Origin: a virus
Lineage: Duplodnaviria > Caudoviricetes
Virus record (IMG/VR): IMGVR_UViG_3300008255_000015
Location: 1 to 51,492 of that record
Direction: 5' to 3' (one strand)
DNA: 51,492 bases
Position numbers and translations under genes: made by a program. The number at the start of each line of letters is the position of its first letter. The first letter of the stretch is position 1. Under the pieces are notes generated by a model. It was given only the letters and a program-made list of their open reading frames with translations. It did not search any database and had not been told where the DNA came from. Shown one piece after another: positions 1-10,514 of this stretch.

Positions 1-123
1 ACACGCCTCGTGAGATCCGAACCCTGCTCCGCAAGATGGCTCGGGAAGAGAATGCTCGCATCGACCGGGAAGTCATCCCCGGCAACAAGAGCCGCTACGC
101 CTGGGACGGCCCGGATGACCCCG
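1..123. repeat. Terminal direct repeat of contig (identical to 51370-51492); circular assembly overlap
   Basis: First 123 nt match last 123 nt exactly and an ORF reads through the junction. Confidence 0.95.
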
Positions 124-329
124 AGGTCAAGGCGATTCTCAAGGCAGTCAAGGGAGGCGAAGTCGAGGCTGGCAAGAAGGAGGCTCTCGACAAGCTGAAG
201 GCTGACAAGGCCGCCAAGACCGCCGCTGAGGGCAAGACCGCCAAGAAGGGCAAGGCCAAGAAGGCTGCCCCTCCGGTCGATGATGACGACGATGAGCTCG
301 AAGAGATCGACGACGACGACGACGAGTGA
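36..329 (+). CDS. 3' part of junction-spanning HTH-like protein with Lys-rich and acidic tail
   Basis: Continuation of the 51204 ORF; strong GC3 bias; ends DDDDDELEEIDDDDDE; followed by terminator. Confidence 0.8.
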   Translation: MAREENARIDREVIPGNKSRYAWDGPDDPEVKAILKAVKGGEVEAGKKEALDKLKADKAAKTAAEGKTAKKGKAKKAAPPVDDDDDELEEIDDDDDE

Positions 330-362
330 CATCCACATTCCTCGCTACCTGAGGAACTAGGG

Positions 363-393
363 AAGGGCCCTCCTTCGGGGGGGCTCTTTCTTT
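363..393 (+). terminator. Intrinsic terminator
   Basis: AAGGGCCCTCC-TTCG-GGGGGGCTCTT stem with UUCG loop then TCTTT; lies between convergent genes. Confidence 0.85.
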
Positions 394-567
394 GTGTGTC
401 GTTATCGATCACGTTTATCCCTACGTCTTGAGGATATAGATCATGCATGATCAATCAGCGCCTAATTTCCGTCATCCCTACGGCGATTTAGGAGCATACA
501 CACGGCAATGCCCGCACTATTCATCGAGCGATATGCAAGACAAACAGTGCGGGCAAATACCGGGGAT

Positions 568-981
568 TCAGATGCCTTTCTCGGGCAACAGATGAGCATT
601 CGTGTTGAGGGGCTTGTACACCTGCAAGTAGGTTGCCAGCGAAACGACCATGCCGAAGAATGCGGCAATCAGAGTTTCTTTCGAGAAGACGGCAGTACCG
701 TCGGCAACAGTTGCAGTAACGACGGCAGCATTCACCGCTGAGAGCACGATGTTAATCGCACCTTTCCAGAGCGGATTCAGATCCACCTTCGTAATCAACC
801 CCACTACGATGGGGATGAAGAGGGAGACGACCGCAGTCACGGTCAAAGCTGAGAGCTCGAGGCTCGCAACCGTATCGTTGGGCTGAACCTCACTCGTCTG
901 AGCCAGGACCACACCAGGTGCAGCGATGACTCCGAAGCCGAGGAAGGCCGCAAGCAGCCATTTGCTAATCTTCTGTTTCAC
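568..981 (-). CDS. Putative holin
   Basis: GTG after GGAGG; several hydrophobic helices (AVVSLFIPIVVGLITK, GAINIVLSAVNAAVV, LIAAFFGMVVSLATY); last gene of lysis cassette. Confidence 0.65.
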   Translation of the reverse strand: MKQKISKWLLAAFLGFGVIAAPGVVLAQTSEVQPNDTVASLELSALTVTAVVSLFIPIVVGLITKVDLNPLWKGAINIVLSAVNAAVVTATVADGTAVFSKETLIAAFFGMVVSLATYLQVYKPLNTNAHLLPEKGI

Positions 982-1426
982 TTGGATAGTCCTCCAGTAG
1001 TGATAGTTGGTTTGGGTTGGCGTCTGACCATCGGAACTCAAACCCTCGTGGGTCTGGACCGAAGGCCTCGTAATAGCGAGCTACCTTGTCTTCGAGGTGG
1101 TCTAGACGAATCTTCATCTGCGTCATCTCAAAGTCTTGTTGCTCCCTATGCCTCTCGCACGCCAAGCGAGATTCTCTTTCCGCTACCAACTCGTCATGTG
1201 TGGTACGGAGTTCGTGTTGAGTCTCCTTGTGCTCTTCTTTCAGGATACTCAAGTCCTCTCGGATGTCATCGACATACTCGCTGTAGAGCTGTTGAGCACT
1301 ATGATCCTGCTTTGTTTGCTCTTGAGCTTGGATTGATTTGCCTGCTTGGCGAGCAGTGAAGAGGACACCGGCAAGGGTAAGTATCGAGGCAAGGATAACC
1401 CCTACATCACCCAGGTCGATGTTCAT
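965..1426 (-). CDS. Lysis-cassette membrane protein (N-terminal TM plus coiled coil)
   Basis: VGVILASILTLAGVLF then heptad-rich region; downstream of endolysin. Confidence 0.65.
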   Translation of the reverse strand: MNIDLGDVGVILASILTLAGVLFTARQAGKSIQAQEQTKQDHSAQQLYSEYVDDIREDLSILKEEHKETQHELRTTHDELVAERESRLACERHREQQDFEMTQMKIRLDHLEDKVARYYEAFGPDPRGFEFRWSDANPNQLSLLEDYPSETED

Positions 1427-1898
1427 AGACTTGAACTCCCTCCTCTACCTCGATTTCTGGATGTACCAAGGAAGCCACCCAGAAGATGGCATAGAGGTAG
1501 ACAATCCAAGTTGAAAGAGCAGCCCAACTGATCGAATCTAGGTCATGCAACCAGTTCTCCGAGATTAAGGATGCCCACCAGAAGAGGTTGACAGTAAAGA
1601 CAAAGAAGTGAGCCACCAGCCAGTTGCCTTGGCGGGGTTGCCAGAGGGTTATGGCTAGGCAAAAGATGCTCACCGATGTCCAGAATGCCCACACCCAGAT
1701 GGGTGCGATGTCGAGGGCAGTGTTGAACAGCTCTCGGTTCCTATAGATCTCTGGCTCAAAGATCAAGGGCTCTAGGTTCATGGTCTGAGTAACCAGTAGT
1801 ACAGCTAGCCAACTTCGATAGGGTCGAGCAATGGGTCTGTTACTAACGATGGTCAAGACCAGAACCTTAAACGGTTCTAGGGCCTGTTCCGCCTTCAT
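1407..1898 (-). CDS. Multi-pass membrane protein in lysis cassette
   Basis: TGATG coupling with endolysin stop; about 4 Trp-rich TM segments. Confidence 0.65.
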   Translation of the reverse strand: MKAEQALEPFKVLVLTIVSNRPIARPYRSWLAVLLVTQTMNLEPLIFEPEIYRNRELFNTALDIAPIWVWAFWTSVSIFCLAITLWQPRQGNWLVAHFFVFTVNLFWWASLISENWLHDLDSISWAALSTWIVYLYAIFWVASLVHPEIEVEEGVQVYEHRPG

Positions 1899-2740
1899 CA
1901 GGTGAGCGGGATTTCCAGCAACACGTCCCATGTCTTCGGGCCCACGATGCCATCGACGGTCATGCCGAAGAATGCCTGGATTGCTCTGACTCGCTCTTCA
2001 GTCTTGGCGCCAAAGGCCCCATCTTCAGTGAGGTAGCCCCACTGATCGTTGGGAGCAATGAAGTTGGCATTGATGATGCCCTGCATCTTCTTGACTCGAC
2101 CTCCTGTACTGCCTCGACGAAGAGTTGTGATGTTGACCTCGATCATGTGAGTACCTCCTGGTACAAGTACGGGTGGGGTTGGCGGGGGATCGATGATGAC
2201 TGGAGGGGTAGGGTTGGGGGGTACAATGACTGGAGGCAGTCCGCCGAGCTTCTCCTCGATCGGCCGAGCATCACTGAGCATCGTATCCAAGAACTCAACA
2301 TGGATCCAAAGAGCCCAGCTCTGGCCCATACCATTCGGAGAAGGCGATTGCACCTTCCATCCGTCGCTGCCCAAGGGTCGCCCAGAAGTCCCAGGAGGAC
2401 GCCAGATCAGTGAGCGGCGGTAGTGATGAATGGCCTGGACGCCAGTCTCACGGGATGTTGCAATCAACCAGGGGATGATCTCAGTGTCAGCCACGAAGAG
2501 GCCCGGGCCTGGGTTCTCATACCGCATATCGGGAGAAGCCCCGAAGGCATGTGTGGAAGCTGATGCGCCACCGATGATACTGCGGTCACCCTCACATCCC
2601 AGGTACATCAAGCCCCATCGTTGCTCAAGATACCGCCTCATTGAGACAGCAGCCCCGGTGCAGGCTTCGAATGGAGGTCGACTCCAGTCGTACCCCTTTG
2701 GGTTCTGTTGGTAGTTGTAGAATTCGGTTTGGATAGCCAT
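1898..2740 (-). CDS. Endolysin (M15-like Zn peptidase, Pro linker, peptidoglycan-binding domain)
   Basis: STHAFGASPD (SxHxxGxxxD) and WIHVE motifs; C-terminal LRRGSTG...DGAFGAKT...DGIVGPKTW typical of PG_binding_1. Confidence 0.85.
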   Translation of the reverse strand: MAIQTEFYNYQQNPKGYDWSRPPFEACTGAAVSMRRYLEQRWGLMYLGCEGDRSIIGGASASTHAFGASPDMRYENPGPGLFVADTEIIPWLIATSRETGVQAIHHYRRSLIWRPPGTSGRPLGSDGWKVQSPSPNGMGQSWALWIHVEFLDTMLSDARPIEEKLGGLPPVIVPPNPTPPVIIDPPPTPPVLVPGGTHMIEVNITTLRRGSTGGRVKKMQGIINANFIAPNDQWGYLTEDGAFGAKTEERVRAIQAFFGMTVDGIVGPKTWDVLLEIPLT

Positions 2741-2748
2741 TGTACTCC

Positions 2749-4413
2749 TTAGGCCGGGAGAGCGAGGTGGCTAATACCATCCCGCCATTCTGATGGGAAA
2801 GTGAGCTCGTAAGTCCACTTCATTGTTGAGGAGACCGACTTCGTAACTTCGCTCCCCAGAACCGATCGAGACCAGCAGTTACCGCCTCCGATGGGGAATA
2901 CCCCCCCGGAGGTGTTGGTAATGCCCCGCGGGCTGGAGGAGGAAAAGCTCCAAAGCTTACCTCCTTCATAGAAGACAAAGCTAGGAGTATAGATTGAGGG
3001 GTTATTACCGGACATCCTGTCTTGAGGCGAACCTGCCGCATCAAAGAACATGTAAGCCCGGTGCCCAATGCTAGCGCTAGAGCCTTGGTAGTTAGAGGTA
3101 ACTGGCCAGGGAGAGGCTCCAGTCTCCGTGTAGCTGCCCCCATAATAAGACCCGTAGTTTTCGATGAAAGTCCCCGCAGTGTCCCACTGCTCAAGTCCCC
3201 CCAGAGTGTCGATGAAGAGGTCAGTACCATCAGTTGTGATACCTCCCAGGTTCCATGCGCCGCCTCGACCAAGGTCGAAACTTGCATTCAAGGCTCCGGT
3301 AGTTGTGTCGAATCGATAGACTCGTGTCTGCCATGCAGCACCAGTACCCAGAGCAATTCCTGCCGAGCCGAAGCATGCATAAACGTTAGAGCCGATCACG
3401 CAGCACCCGGCATTTCCCCCAGTTGTGGTAGTAATAGTGGGGTCTAGCTGAGTAGTCCACTGCTTCGTACCCGCTGAGTTCCACTTCGAGATGTTCAACC
3501 GAGCATACCGGGGAGCATAGCACATGTACCAGTTACCGCTGCCATCCTTCCAGAGTTGATACTGAAAGGTTGAGTTAGCTACAGTTGCAGAACTGCTGTT
3601 TGAGCTAGTCCACGAGATACCGTTCAGGGTAACCTCTGTAGTAAGGCTTACTCCAGAACCATCCCACCAATTACCCATGTCCACAAAGTCTGCTTTCAGG
3701 GCACTTCTAACATGCATGGTAGTGCTGACTACATCGATGTAATAGATCTTGGTCGAATCGATGTAGGTCGGGTAGAAATATGAAGGAGATACAGTGTTTG
3801 GGAAGGGAACATTCAGGTAGGGCTTTTCTCCATCGGCCCACTGAGATCCAGTAAGAGCAATTCGAGTCGCATGATAACTAACGTTATTGATGTTAGCAAT
3901 GGCCAATGAGTTGAAGGCTCCATTTCCTTGGTTCTCATTGAAGTCCCACACCAGCTTGAGCGAGTCGACTCCCAGTTCGGATTGGGCTTCATTGATCTGG
4001 CCTCGTGGGCCCGACGCGGGGACAGAGCCAGCCTTCCATCGAGTACCATAACCCAGAACTCGACCAGTTGCCCAGTGAGATGCTGTGTTCTCAGCCACGG
4101 CTGAGCTAAGAGAAACCATGGCCTCGTTGGGCATACGGGGAGGGATCGACATGTCTTGCCCCATCCAGACACTGGACAATAGCTCAACATCATATGCCGC
4201 GGCCCCCAGATGGACCCACCGTAGGCCCGCTTGGAACTGAGCCGCATTCCACCATTTCAGGGCGTTCAGGTACATAGGAGTCAGGTAGTTCTTGGACTCG
4301 ATGCGATCCTTGACTCTGCCGGTATGTCGATCGAGCAGTTCGACTCGGTAAGCACCCTGCGGCACCCCGATCTCATCTGGGTTGATCTTCAAGATTCGGT
4401 CCTTCGTGGTCAT
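2749..4413 (-). CDS. Minor tail / putative receptor-binding protein
   Basis: 554 aa, G/S/T/W-rich beta-type composition, last gene of tail module. Confidence 0.7.
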   Translation of the reverse strand: MTTKDRILKINPDEIGVPQGAYRVELLDRHTGRVKDRIESKNYLTPMYLNALKWWNAAQFQAGLRWVHLGAAAYDVELLSSVWMGQDMSIPPRMPNEAMVSLSSAVAENTASHWATGRVLGYGTRWKAGSVPASGPRGQINEAQSELGVDSLKLVWDFNENQGNGAFNSLAIANINNVSYHATRIALTGSQWADGEKPYLNVPFPNTVSPSYFYPTYIDSTKIYYIDVVSTTMHVRSALKADFVDMGNWWDGSGVSLTTEVTLNGISWTSSNSSSATVANSTFQYQLWKDGSGNWYMCYAPRYARLNISKWNSAGTKQWTTQLDPTITTTTGGNAGCCVIGSNVYACFGSAGIALGTGAAWQTRVYRFDTTTGALNASFDLGRGGAWNLGGITTDGTDLFIDTLGGLEQWDTAGTFIENYGSYYGGSYTETGASPWPVTSNYQGSSASIGHRAYMFFDAAGSPQDRMSGNNPSIYTPSFVFYEGGKLWSFSSSSPRGITNTSGGVFPIGGGNCWSRSVLGSEVTKSVSSTMKWTYELTFPSEWRDGISHLALPA

Positions 4414-5072
4414 GGCGTAACCTCTGCAACTTCGTAGGTGATGGTACCAGAAAGGACAACGTCAGAGTCGCCCCAGGCAATTAGGTTGGATTCAGTAACG
4501 GGCCCCGTAAGCCCATCAGCTTCGAGCCGGATAGTGGTTGCTCCCACGATCTTTACAGCAACGGTCTTGGTTGTACTGCTGGACGAATCTTGGGCAATGC
4601 CGTTGCCAGCAACGTATTCTTCAGCTCCATACCAAGCAGCAGCTGCAGGGCACTCAGGGGGAAGGTCTAGTTCATAGATCCCCGTACCTGGGGCACTGCC
4701 CGATGAGCCGAACTTGACAAAGTATGCCACTGTTGCGAGAGTACCCTCTTTGGTCCATCGGCACTCAAGAACAGGCCCAGTACCGATGGTCGGAGGAGTA
4801 GTAGTGGCATCAAGGGTAGGTACGTGAGAAGTATTCCATTCTCCGAATCGACCAAACTCAGTCCAGACGCCCGAGGCTCCGTCATCCTCAAACACCCATT
4901 CAACTCGGTCATCCATCGTCACCGCCCTCATCCCGAAGGTAGTGTTGACCCCGATTTGGGTATCTCGGTCAGTAGCATCAGTATAAATACCAACAACCTG
5001 TGATTGGATCAGACCGTCAAACTCTAAGGCCGAGGGGTTCTCCCCCGACGACCAGTCTTTAAATCCTGTCAT
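4410..5072 (-). CDS. Minor tail protein
   Basis: Position; N-terminus MTGFKDWSSGE...DATDRD resembles actinophage minor tail proteins. Confidence 0.7.
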   Translation of the reverse strand: MTGFKDWSSGENPSALEFDGLIQSQVVGIYTDATDRDTQIGVNTTFGMRAVTMDDRVEWVFEDDGASGVWTEFGRFGEWNTSHVPTLDATTTPPTIGTGPVLECRWTKEGTLATVAYFVKFGSSGSAPGTGIYELDLPPECPAAAAWYGAEEYVAGNGIAQDSSSSTTKTVAVKIVGATTIRLEADGLTGPVTESNLIAWGDSDVVLSGTITYEVAEVTP

Positions 5073-5081
5073 GTGTTCTCC

Positions 5082-6806
5082 TTAGTCAGGGGGCGAAAGG
5101 ACACCAGGTCCATCCAGGGTACCAAAGACGGGGTCGCCAATGGTGAACGGCATCAGATACCGGTCAGTTACGTAAGTAACCAATGTGCTGACCGCAGCCA
5201 GAGTCTCGCCATCCTCCAAATCCCGGTTAGGTGTGATACCCAAGAAGGTTGAACCGTTCATCAGGACCGAGTAACTGTCAGTGGTTACTAGGGTAATGCC
5301 GAGGCTTGTAATGTCATCAAGGGTCTCACTCCAGAACTGGCTTGGCGTATTGACAACGCCGACCCCGACTGCACCCCGAGTGAGAAGCCATGCTCGAGCC
5401 TGCTCAACAGGAACTGAGATCGTGCCAGCTCCATCGGTAACCTGAGCAGTCCAAGTGATGGTGTGGGAGCCCTCTTCAACATCGCCAGCAAAGCTAGGCC
5501 AAGAATACTCAACCTGGTCACCATCAGCGAATACGAGGTCTTTAGTGCCACCATAGGGGTTACCATCGACTCGAAGCTGAAAGCTAACCGTACCGGTTCC
5601 GCTAGCCACTCCGATAAAGTGACCGCCCGTAACATATGTACCCGTACCGGTCGAGGTGATATTGATCTCACCCCAGTTGGTCGTTGAGGCAGTAATGTTG
5701 AGGACATCTGTATTTGTATCGACTACGATTGCGACTGAGTTATAGTCAGTTGTTCGATCGCCCCCCGTTGCAGCTTCGACTAGGCCTTCATTCAAGTAGG
5801 CAAGTTCAATGGTGTCTTTACCAGGGCTAGTTGGGTTAGTAACGAGTCGAACAACGCGAGTGCTGACTTCCACACCGAGAAGCTCATCGTTGACCAGGAC
5901 ATAGTCGCCAACTCCGAAGTCATCGACATCCGACCCGGTCAACCTACTGAGGTTGATAACGTCGCCAGAGTACTGAATCGATGGCTGCGCTAGTTGAGCA
6001 AGGTAGGCAACAGCTGCGTCGTACAATGCCAACTCGGTAAGGAAAGAGTCATCAACCCATGTGAAGTCTTTCCTGTACTGGGCCTTAGCCTGAGCTAAGG
6101 TGAGCCCCTGAGCAACGTACCAGCTGTAGTCCTCAATGTAAAGCTGCCCCGTGGGGTTAACAGCACTAACGTTCAGGTCATTAGCACCATAGGGGTAGAT
6201 GCGGGTTGCCTGAGGAGGCCGGTAGGTTCGCTTCAGGTTCTTGATGTTGTGACCATAACTAAACCCTACACCCTGGTTGACACCGATCTCAGGGATGAAC
6301 TCTACTGTCTTGTTAACAGTGTCGAACGAGATTTCGTAGCCAGTAATAGCAGCCCAAGCCCTCAAGTACTCCAGTACGGTGGCATCGATTCGCTCAGCAC
6401 TATACAGTGTAGCGTTCACGGGCGGGTTGATTTGGGTCCATCCTGAGTTCTTCAGGATTTCTGTGACCCCGTCGGCAGTATCTTTGCCCAAGATCGCAAT
6501 TGGTCCGGGCTTAGTAAGCCAAGTCAACTCAATCCACCGAGCATCAGCCTTGATGGTTCGGACGGTAGGGTGTTGATCTTCGTAGTCTCGAGTACGATAG
6601 AGTACGTTCTCAAAGCCGATCAGGGTGTCAGCCATGATGAAGTTCGACTTTGGATCGTCTCTACGGATTCTGAAACTGAGCTCATGGAGGCCCTGCAGCT
6701 GCGTCTCGATCTTCAGGTCGGCAGCTTCAGTCAATATCATCGACTTAGTGCCATCCAACCCGTAGAGAGTAATCTCCAGGTCCCCGACTTCGGGGAAGTC
6801 GTTCAT
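5082..6806 (-). CDS. Baseplate hub / Tal-like tail protein (prophage tail endopeptidase-like)
   Basis: Follows Dit with ATGA overlap; FSYGHNIKNLKR..TRIYPYG and VGDYVLVNDE motifs. Confidence 0.8.
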   Translation of the reverse strand: MNDFPEVGDLEITLYGLDGTKSMILTEAADLKIETQLQGLHELSFRIRRDDPKSNFIMADTLIGFENVLYRTRDYEDQHPTVRTIKADARWIELTWLTKPGPIAILGKDTADGVTEILKNSGWTQINPPVNATLYSAERIDATVLEYLRAWAAITGYEISFDTVNKTVEFIPEIGVNQGVGFSYGHNIKNLKRTYRPPQATRIYPYGANDLNVSAVNPTGQLYIEDYSWYVAQGLTLAQAKAQYRKDFTWVDDSFLTELALYDAAVAYLAQLAQPSIQYSGDVINLSRLTGSDVDDFGVGDYVLVNDELLGVEVSTRVVRLVTNPTSPGKDTIELAYLNEGLVEAATGGDRTTDYNSVAIVVDTNTDVLNITASTTNWGEINITSTGTGTYVTGGHFIGVASGTGTVSFQLRVDGNPYGGTKDLVFADGDQVEYSWPSFAGDVEEGSHTITWTAQVTDGAGTISVPVEQARAWLLTRGAVGVGVVNTPSQFWSETLDDITSLGITLVTTDSYSVLMNGSTFLGITPNRDLEDGETLAAVSTLVTYVTDRYLMPFTIGDPVFGTLDGPGVLSPPD

Positions 6807-7609
6807 CGGTACATGTCCCTCCACGTGATGTCTGCAGTCCAGCTACCAGTACCAGTCAAGGTGATCGTGACTGAGTTTGTCCCCGGCTGCAGTTTGGGGA
6901 ATGTACCTGAAACACCCGCCATCGAGAGGTTGGCGACATCAAAGCTGCCGTCGACGTCGGGGTCACCATTAGCTGTATCCTCAACAACCCGAGCAAGGCA
7001 GTTAATGTTACGGATAACTCCGCCCGCAAGCGTAGCTGTGTGGGTGAGTGTATCGTCACCGATAGTAACCTCCGCAACTGAGTTAGCTCCAGCCGTACCA
7101 GAGATTGTAATGACGGGTCGAACTTCAACATCGCCGTTGACCTCAACATTGAATGTCTTGGCACTGGTGACTGCGACCTCATTATGCGACTGGATTGCTG
7201 TAGTGAAAGCGTAGGGAAGTGCTAGGAATGGGAGTTCGAACAGGCCGACCTCACGCCACTCATCGATATCTGGCGCATCCCTTAGCGTAACCCAGTTGAA
7301 GACATCAGGTTCATCGCTGATAACCATCTTAACAAAGCCGGATTTGTCAACCCAGTTGGCAACCTCACGAATCGCACCCCGCCTGTCGAGGGGGTAGCTG
7401 TCTGCAATGACCGCGCATTCAAGAGTAATCTCCCTCATGCCAGGTGCTTCGGGAAACAGCCACCCCCCCGGGAGGCCCGGTACTTCCTCGACAGTATGTC
7501 GCCTTGAGCCGACGAGTCGGCGATTCACGACTTGGCAAAGAAACTCAGGGATGGTCGATGAGGCCACACCATCGATAGAGACTGCGTATCCTTGATTATG
7601 ACTGGGCAC
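6803..7609 (-). CDS. Distal tail protein (Dit)
   Basis: Immediately after TMP; EVPGLPGG, REITLEC, PYAF and FPKLQPGTNSVTI motifs. Confidence 0.8.
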   Translation of the reverse strand: MPSHNQGYAVSIDGVASSTIPEFLCQVVNRRLVGSRRHTVEEVPGLPGGWLFPEAPGMREITLECAVIADSYPLDRRGAIREVANWVDKSGFVKMVISDEPDVFNWVTLRDAPDIDEWREVGLFELPFLALPYAFTTAIQSHNEVAVTSAKTFNVEVNGDVEVRPVITISGTAGANSVAEVTIGDDTLTHTATLAGGVIRNINCLARVVEDTANGDPDVDGSFDVANLSMAGVSGTFPKLQPGTNSVTITLTGTGSWTADITWRDMYR

Positions 7610-10226
7610 TGAGTACCACCCGCTTTCCCTTAGCCGCCATCTGGCGGTACGTTTCATCGGCGAGTCGACGACTCATCGACAGAGCTTCCTCTTCAGTCGC
7701 CTCCATGCGGTCAACTGCAAGCAACGGCCCCTGTACAACCATGCCTCCTCCTGCAGCTCCTGCCTCTGAGGCCAAAGCAGCGGGGGTTAGTCCTACCGAG
7801 GGATTGATCGCTGGGATATTCTTGCTAAGCCCCTGCATCTGTCGCAAGTCCCTAGCCAAGTTGCCTGCAGTCAGTGCTGCCTGGTCTTCGATATCGAACA
7901 GGGCCTCTTCAATGAAGCTGGGGCTGTTAATGCCCAACCCCGACTTGAAGCCATCCCAAAGTCCTCCACCAAAGTCCTTAGCGGCGTTGAATGCATCCCC
8001 GATCAACCCAGTGAAGGCACTGATGACATCACCCAAGATTCCCGTGATCAAGCCGGGCAACCCGGTGATGATACTGAAGATACCATCGATGATCGACTGA
8101 CCGATGTCAGCTGCAACCGAGAAGAAGGACCCGACGAAGCTGAAGGCAATGTTCCATGCCTCCTGCAAGAAGCCGAGGATTCGACCCGGCAGCTGCAAGA
8201 TGAAGTCAATAACCCCCTGCAAGAAGCTCATGCCGAGGTTGATGCCAGCTGAGATAATCTGGGGTCCCCAGGTCACTACAGCGTTAAACATTCCAACTAC
8301 GGCATCGATCATTCGACCGGGTAGCTGAGTGATGAAGTCAACAATGGCATTGAAGACACTGATGCCGAAGTTAATAGCCCAGGAGATGATCTGGCCACCA
8401 ATATCGATCACCGTTGTGATGATGGTCTGCCAGATATTGAACCAGAGCTTAACCAGCTCAAAGCCCCATCTAACGATTGAGCCCAGGACGAAGCCGATGG
8501 CAAAGCCAATCCGTCGAGGCAGTTCAGAGATGAACTCCTGAACCGCATCTAGCGCCAAGCCAAAGGCCGAGCTGACGATGCCGGGAAGCTTACCCAGGAA
8601 TTCTGCAGCCTTACCTGGCAGTTCCTGGAAGAAGTTAATGACAGCCCCGATGGCGTTACCTACGTCTTCAGCTATGCCCTTAAAGCCATCGACTATCCCG
8701 TCCTTAGCCCCCTGGAAGGCCTCGGTGATATCAGCCCAGAGGTCGCTAAAGAACTGCGGCAAGCCTCGGAAGAAGTCAAGGATGGCATCCCAGACCTTCT
8801 GGATATCCTGCCAGAGCTTGTCAACGAACTTCCGGAAAGCCTCATTCTTCTTGTAGAGAACGAAGAGGGCCACACCGAGTGCGATGATGGCAGCGATGAT
8901 CAAGAACACCGGGTTCGTCAAGAAGGCTGCACTCAGCAGTCGAACGCCGCCAGCAGCAACTCGAGCAACTCCTCCGATAACTTTGAATGCCTTGCCGAGT
9001 TCACCAAAGACTCGGATCGCTCGAATGATGTTGCCAATAGTCAGCAGGAACAACCCTGACATCAAGGACAGGATACCAACGACTGCGATCGAACCAAGAA
9101 TGAATGTCTGCAGCCCTCTAGGCAGTGCACCGAACCATAGTACAACTTCACGGAGAATTTGAACCAAGTCGGTCAAGAATGCCTGGAATGGTGAGCCTGC
9201 CTCGATGAACGTAGCCTCGAGAGCAGCCTTGAGCAGGGTGATTGCGCCAGACAGGTTGTTCAGTCGCTCAGCAGCAACGTCTGCTGCAGAGATACCCTGG
9301 ATCTGGTCATTGATCGCGTTGAAGCCTTCAGCTCCCTCGCCTGCCAAGATAGCAGCTGAGTTAACCGCTCGAGCACCGAAGATCTTGTTGAGGGCTTCCA
9401 ACTTCTGCTGGTCGTTGAGCCCCTCCATCGATGCACTCAACTCATCGAACACTTCAGCCAGAGGTCGAAGCTGACCGCTAGCAGTAAAGAACTTGTTAGT
9501 TCCGTCCTCGGTAATCAAACCGAGTTCCTTCATCTGCTCAGTAGCCTGCTTTGTTGGCGAGGCCAACTGCAGGAAGATACGGCGGAGGGAAGTACCCGCC
9601 ACCGATCCATCGATACCCCGGTTACCCAAGATAGCGATGGCGGTGGCCAGGTCCTCAACAGACACCCCCAACTGCGCAGCAGGAGCACCTGCGTAGGTGA
9701 AGGTATTTGCCAGGTCATCAACATCGATGGTCGATGCGTTAGCAGCACCGGCCAGGGTGTCAACAATCTTGGTTGCATCCTCGGCTTCTAGGTTGAACGT
9801 CCTCATGACGTTAACCAAGGTCTCAGCCGCTTGAGTCAGAGGGATGTCACCGGCAGCAGCAAGCGAGATCGAGGCGTCAGCCACACCTCGAATAATCTCG
9901 TCAGCGCTCAAACCAGCCTTGGCAAGGTCGACCATGCCTGCTGCAACTTCAGTGGGGCCGAAGGGGCCCTTCTTACCCAGCTCGATGGCAGACTCACTGA
10001 GCTTGTTGATCTCGTCGTCGGAGGCTCCTGTAACCGCCTTGACGAAGCTCATCTGCTTCTCGAACTCGGCACCCTTACTGATGACGTAGCCGAATGCGCC
10101 GACCAGAGCTGCGCCCATGATAACGCCAGACTGACCTGCGTTTCGCAGGGCCAGGTCAGCGCTCTTCAGGTCGTTGGTGTCGATCTCGACCTTACCACGA
10201 GCTGTGCCCAGGTTATAGATTGCCAT
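7596..10226 (-). CDS. Tape measure protein (TP901-like core)
   Basis: FEKQMSFVKAVTGA...LAKAG...LGNRGIDGSVAGTSLR; amphipathic repeats; LGINSPS near C-terminus. Confidence 0.95.
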   Translation of the reverse strand: MAIYNLGTARGKVEIDTNDLKSADLALRNAGQSGVIMGAALVGAFGYVISKGAEFEKQMSFVKAVTGASDDEINKLSESAIELGKKGPFGPTEVAAGMVDLAKAGLSADEIIRGVADASISLAAAGDIPLTQAAETLVNVMRTFNLEAEDATKIVDTLAGAANASTIDVDDLANTFTYAGAPAAQLGVSVEDLATAIAILGNRGIDGSVAGTSLRRIFLQLASPTKQATEQMKELGLITEDGTNKFFTASGQLRPLAEVFDELSASMEGLNDQQKLEALNKIFGARAVNSAAILAGEGAEGFNAINDQIQGISAADVAAERLNNLSGAITLLKAALEATFIEAGSPFQAFLTDLVQILREVVLWFGALPRGLQTFILGSIAVVGILSLMSGLFLLTIGNIIRAIRVFGELGKAFKVIGGVARVAAGGVRLLSAAFLTNPVFLIIAAIIALGVALFVLYKKNEAFRKFVDKLWQDIQKVWDAILDFFRGLPQFFSDLWADITEAFQGAKDGIVDGFKGIAEDVGNAIGAVINFFQELPGKAAEFLGKLPGIVSSAFGLALDAVQEFISELPRRIGFAIGFVLGSIVRWGFELVKLWFNIWQTIITTVIDIGGQIISWAINFGISVFNAIVDFITQLPGRMIDAVVGMFNAVVTWGPQIISAGINLGMSFLQGVIDFILQLPGRILGFLQEAWNIAFSFVGSFFSVAADIGQSIIDGIFSIITGLPGLITGILGDVISAFTGLIGDAFNAAKDFGGGLWDGFKSGLGINSPSFIEEALFDIEDQAALTAGNLARDLRQMQGLSKNIPAINPSVGLTPAALASEAGAAGGGMVVQGPLLAVDRMEATEEEALSMSRRLADETYRQMAAKGKRVVLSAQS

Positions 10227-10235
10227 GTTCACCTC

Positions 10236-10514
10236 CTACTTCGTGGGTGGACGACGCATCTGCTTGAAGCGCACTTCGTCCGGGGCTTGAAGAAGGGAAA
10301 GGAGTTTCCTCTCCCTCTTCCGTTTGACGTCCTTGTCGTTCTTTCCTTCAATCTTCTCAAGCTCAGACGTCACGTGAGAGCCCCATAGCCCAACGACCTC
10401 GTCGAGGCAGTAGGCATAGTAATCATTGTCGATCCCAAGCATCTCACTGGGTCGAACCTTCCAGGTCTTAGCTTCCTGGTACAACTTCCATGTGTTGACC
10501 AAGTTCTTTACGAA
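10236..10514 (-). CDS. Tail assembly chaperone frameshift extension (gpGT-like)
   Basis: +1 frame relative to 10468..11004, no good start of its own, directly before TMP. Confidence 0.65.
   Translation of the reverse strand, partial: FVKNLVNTWKLYQEAKTWKVRPSEMLGIDNDYYAYCLDEVVGLWGSHVTSELEKIEGKNDKDVKRKRERKLLSLLQAPDEVRFKQMRRPPTK

Noticed and set aside
1-123. 123-bp terminal repeat as the physical phage DTR
   Set aside because: It falls mid-gene; best explained as assembler overlap of a circular contig
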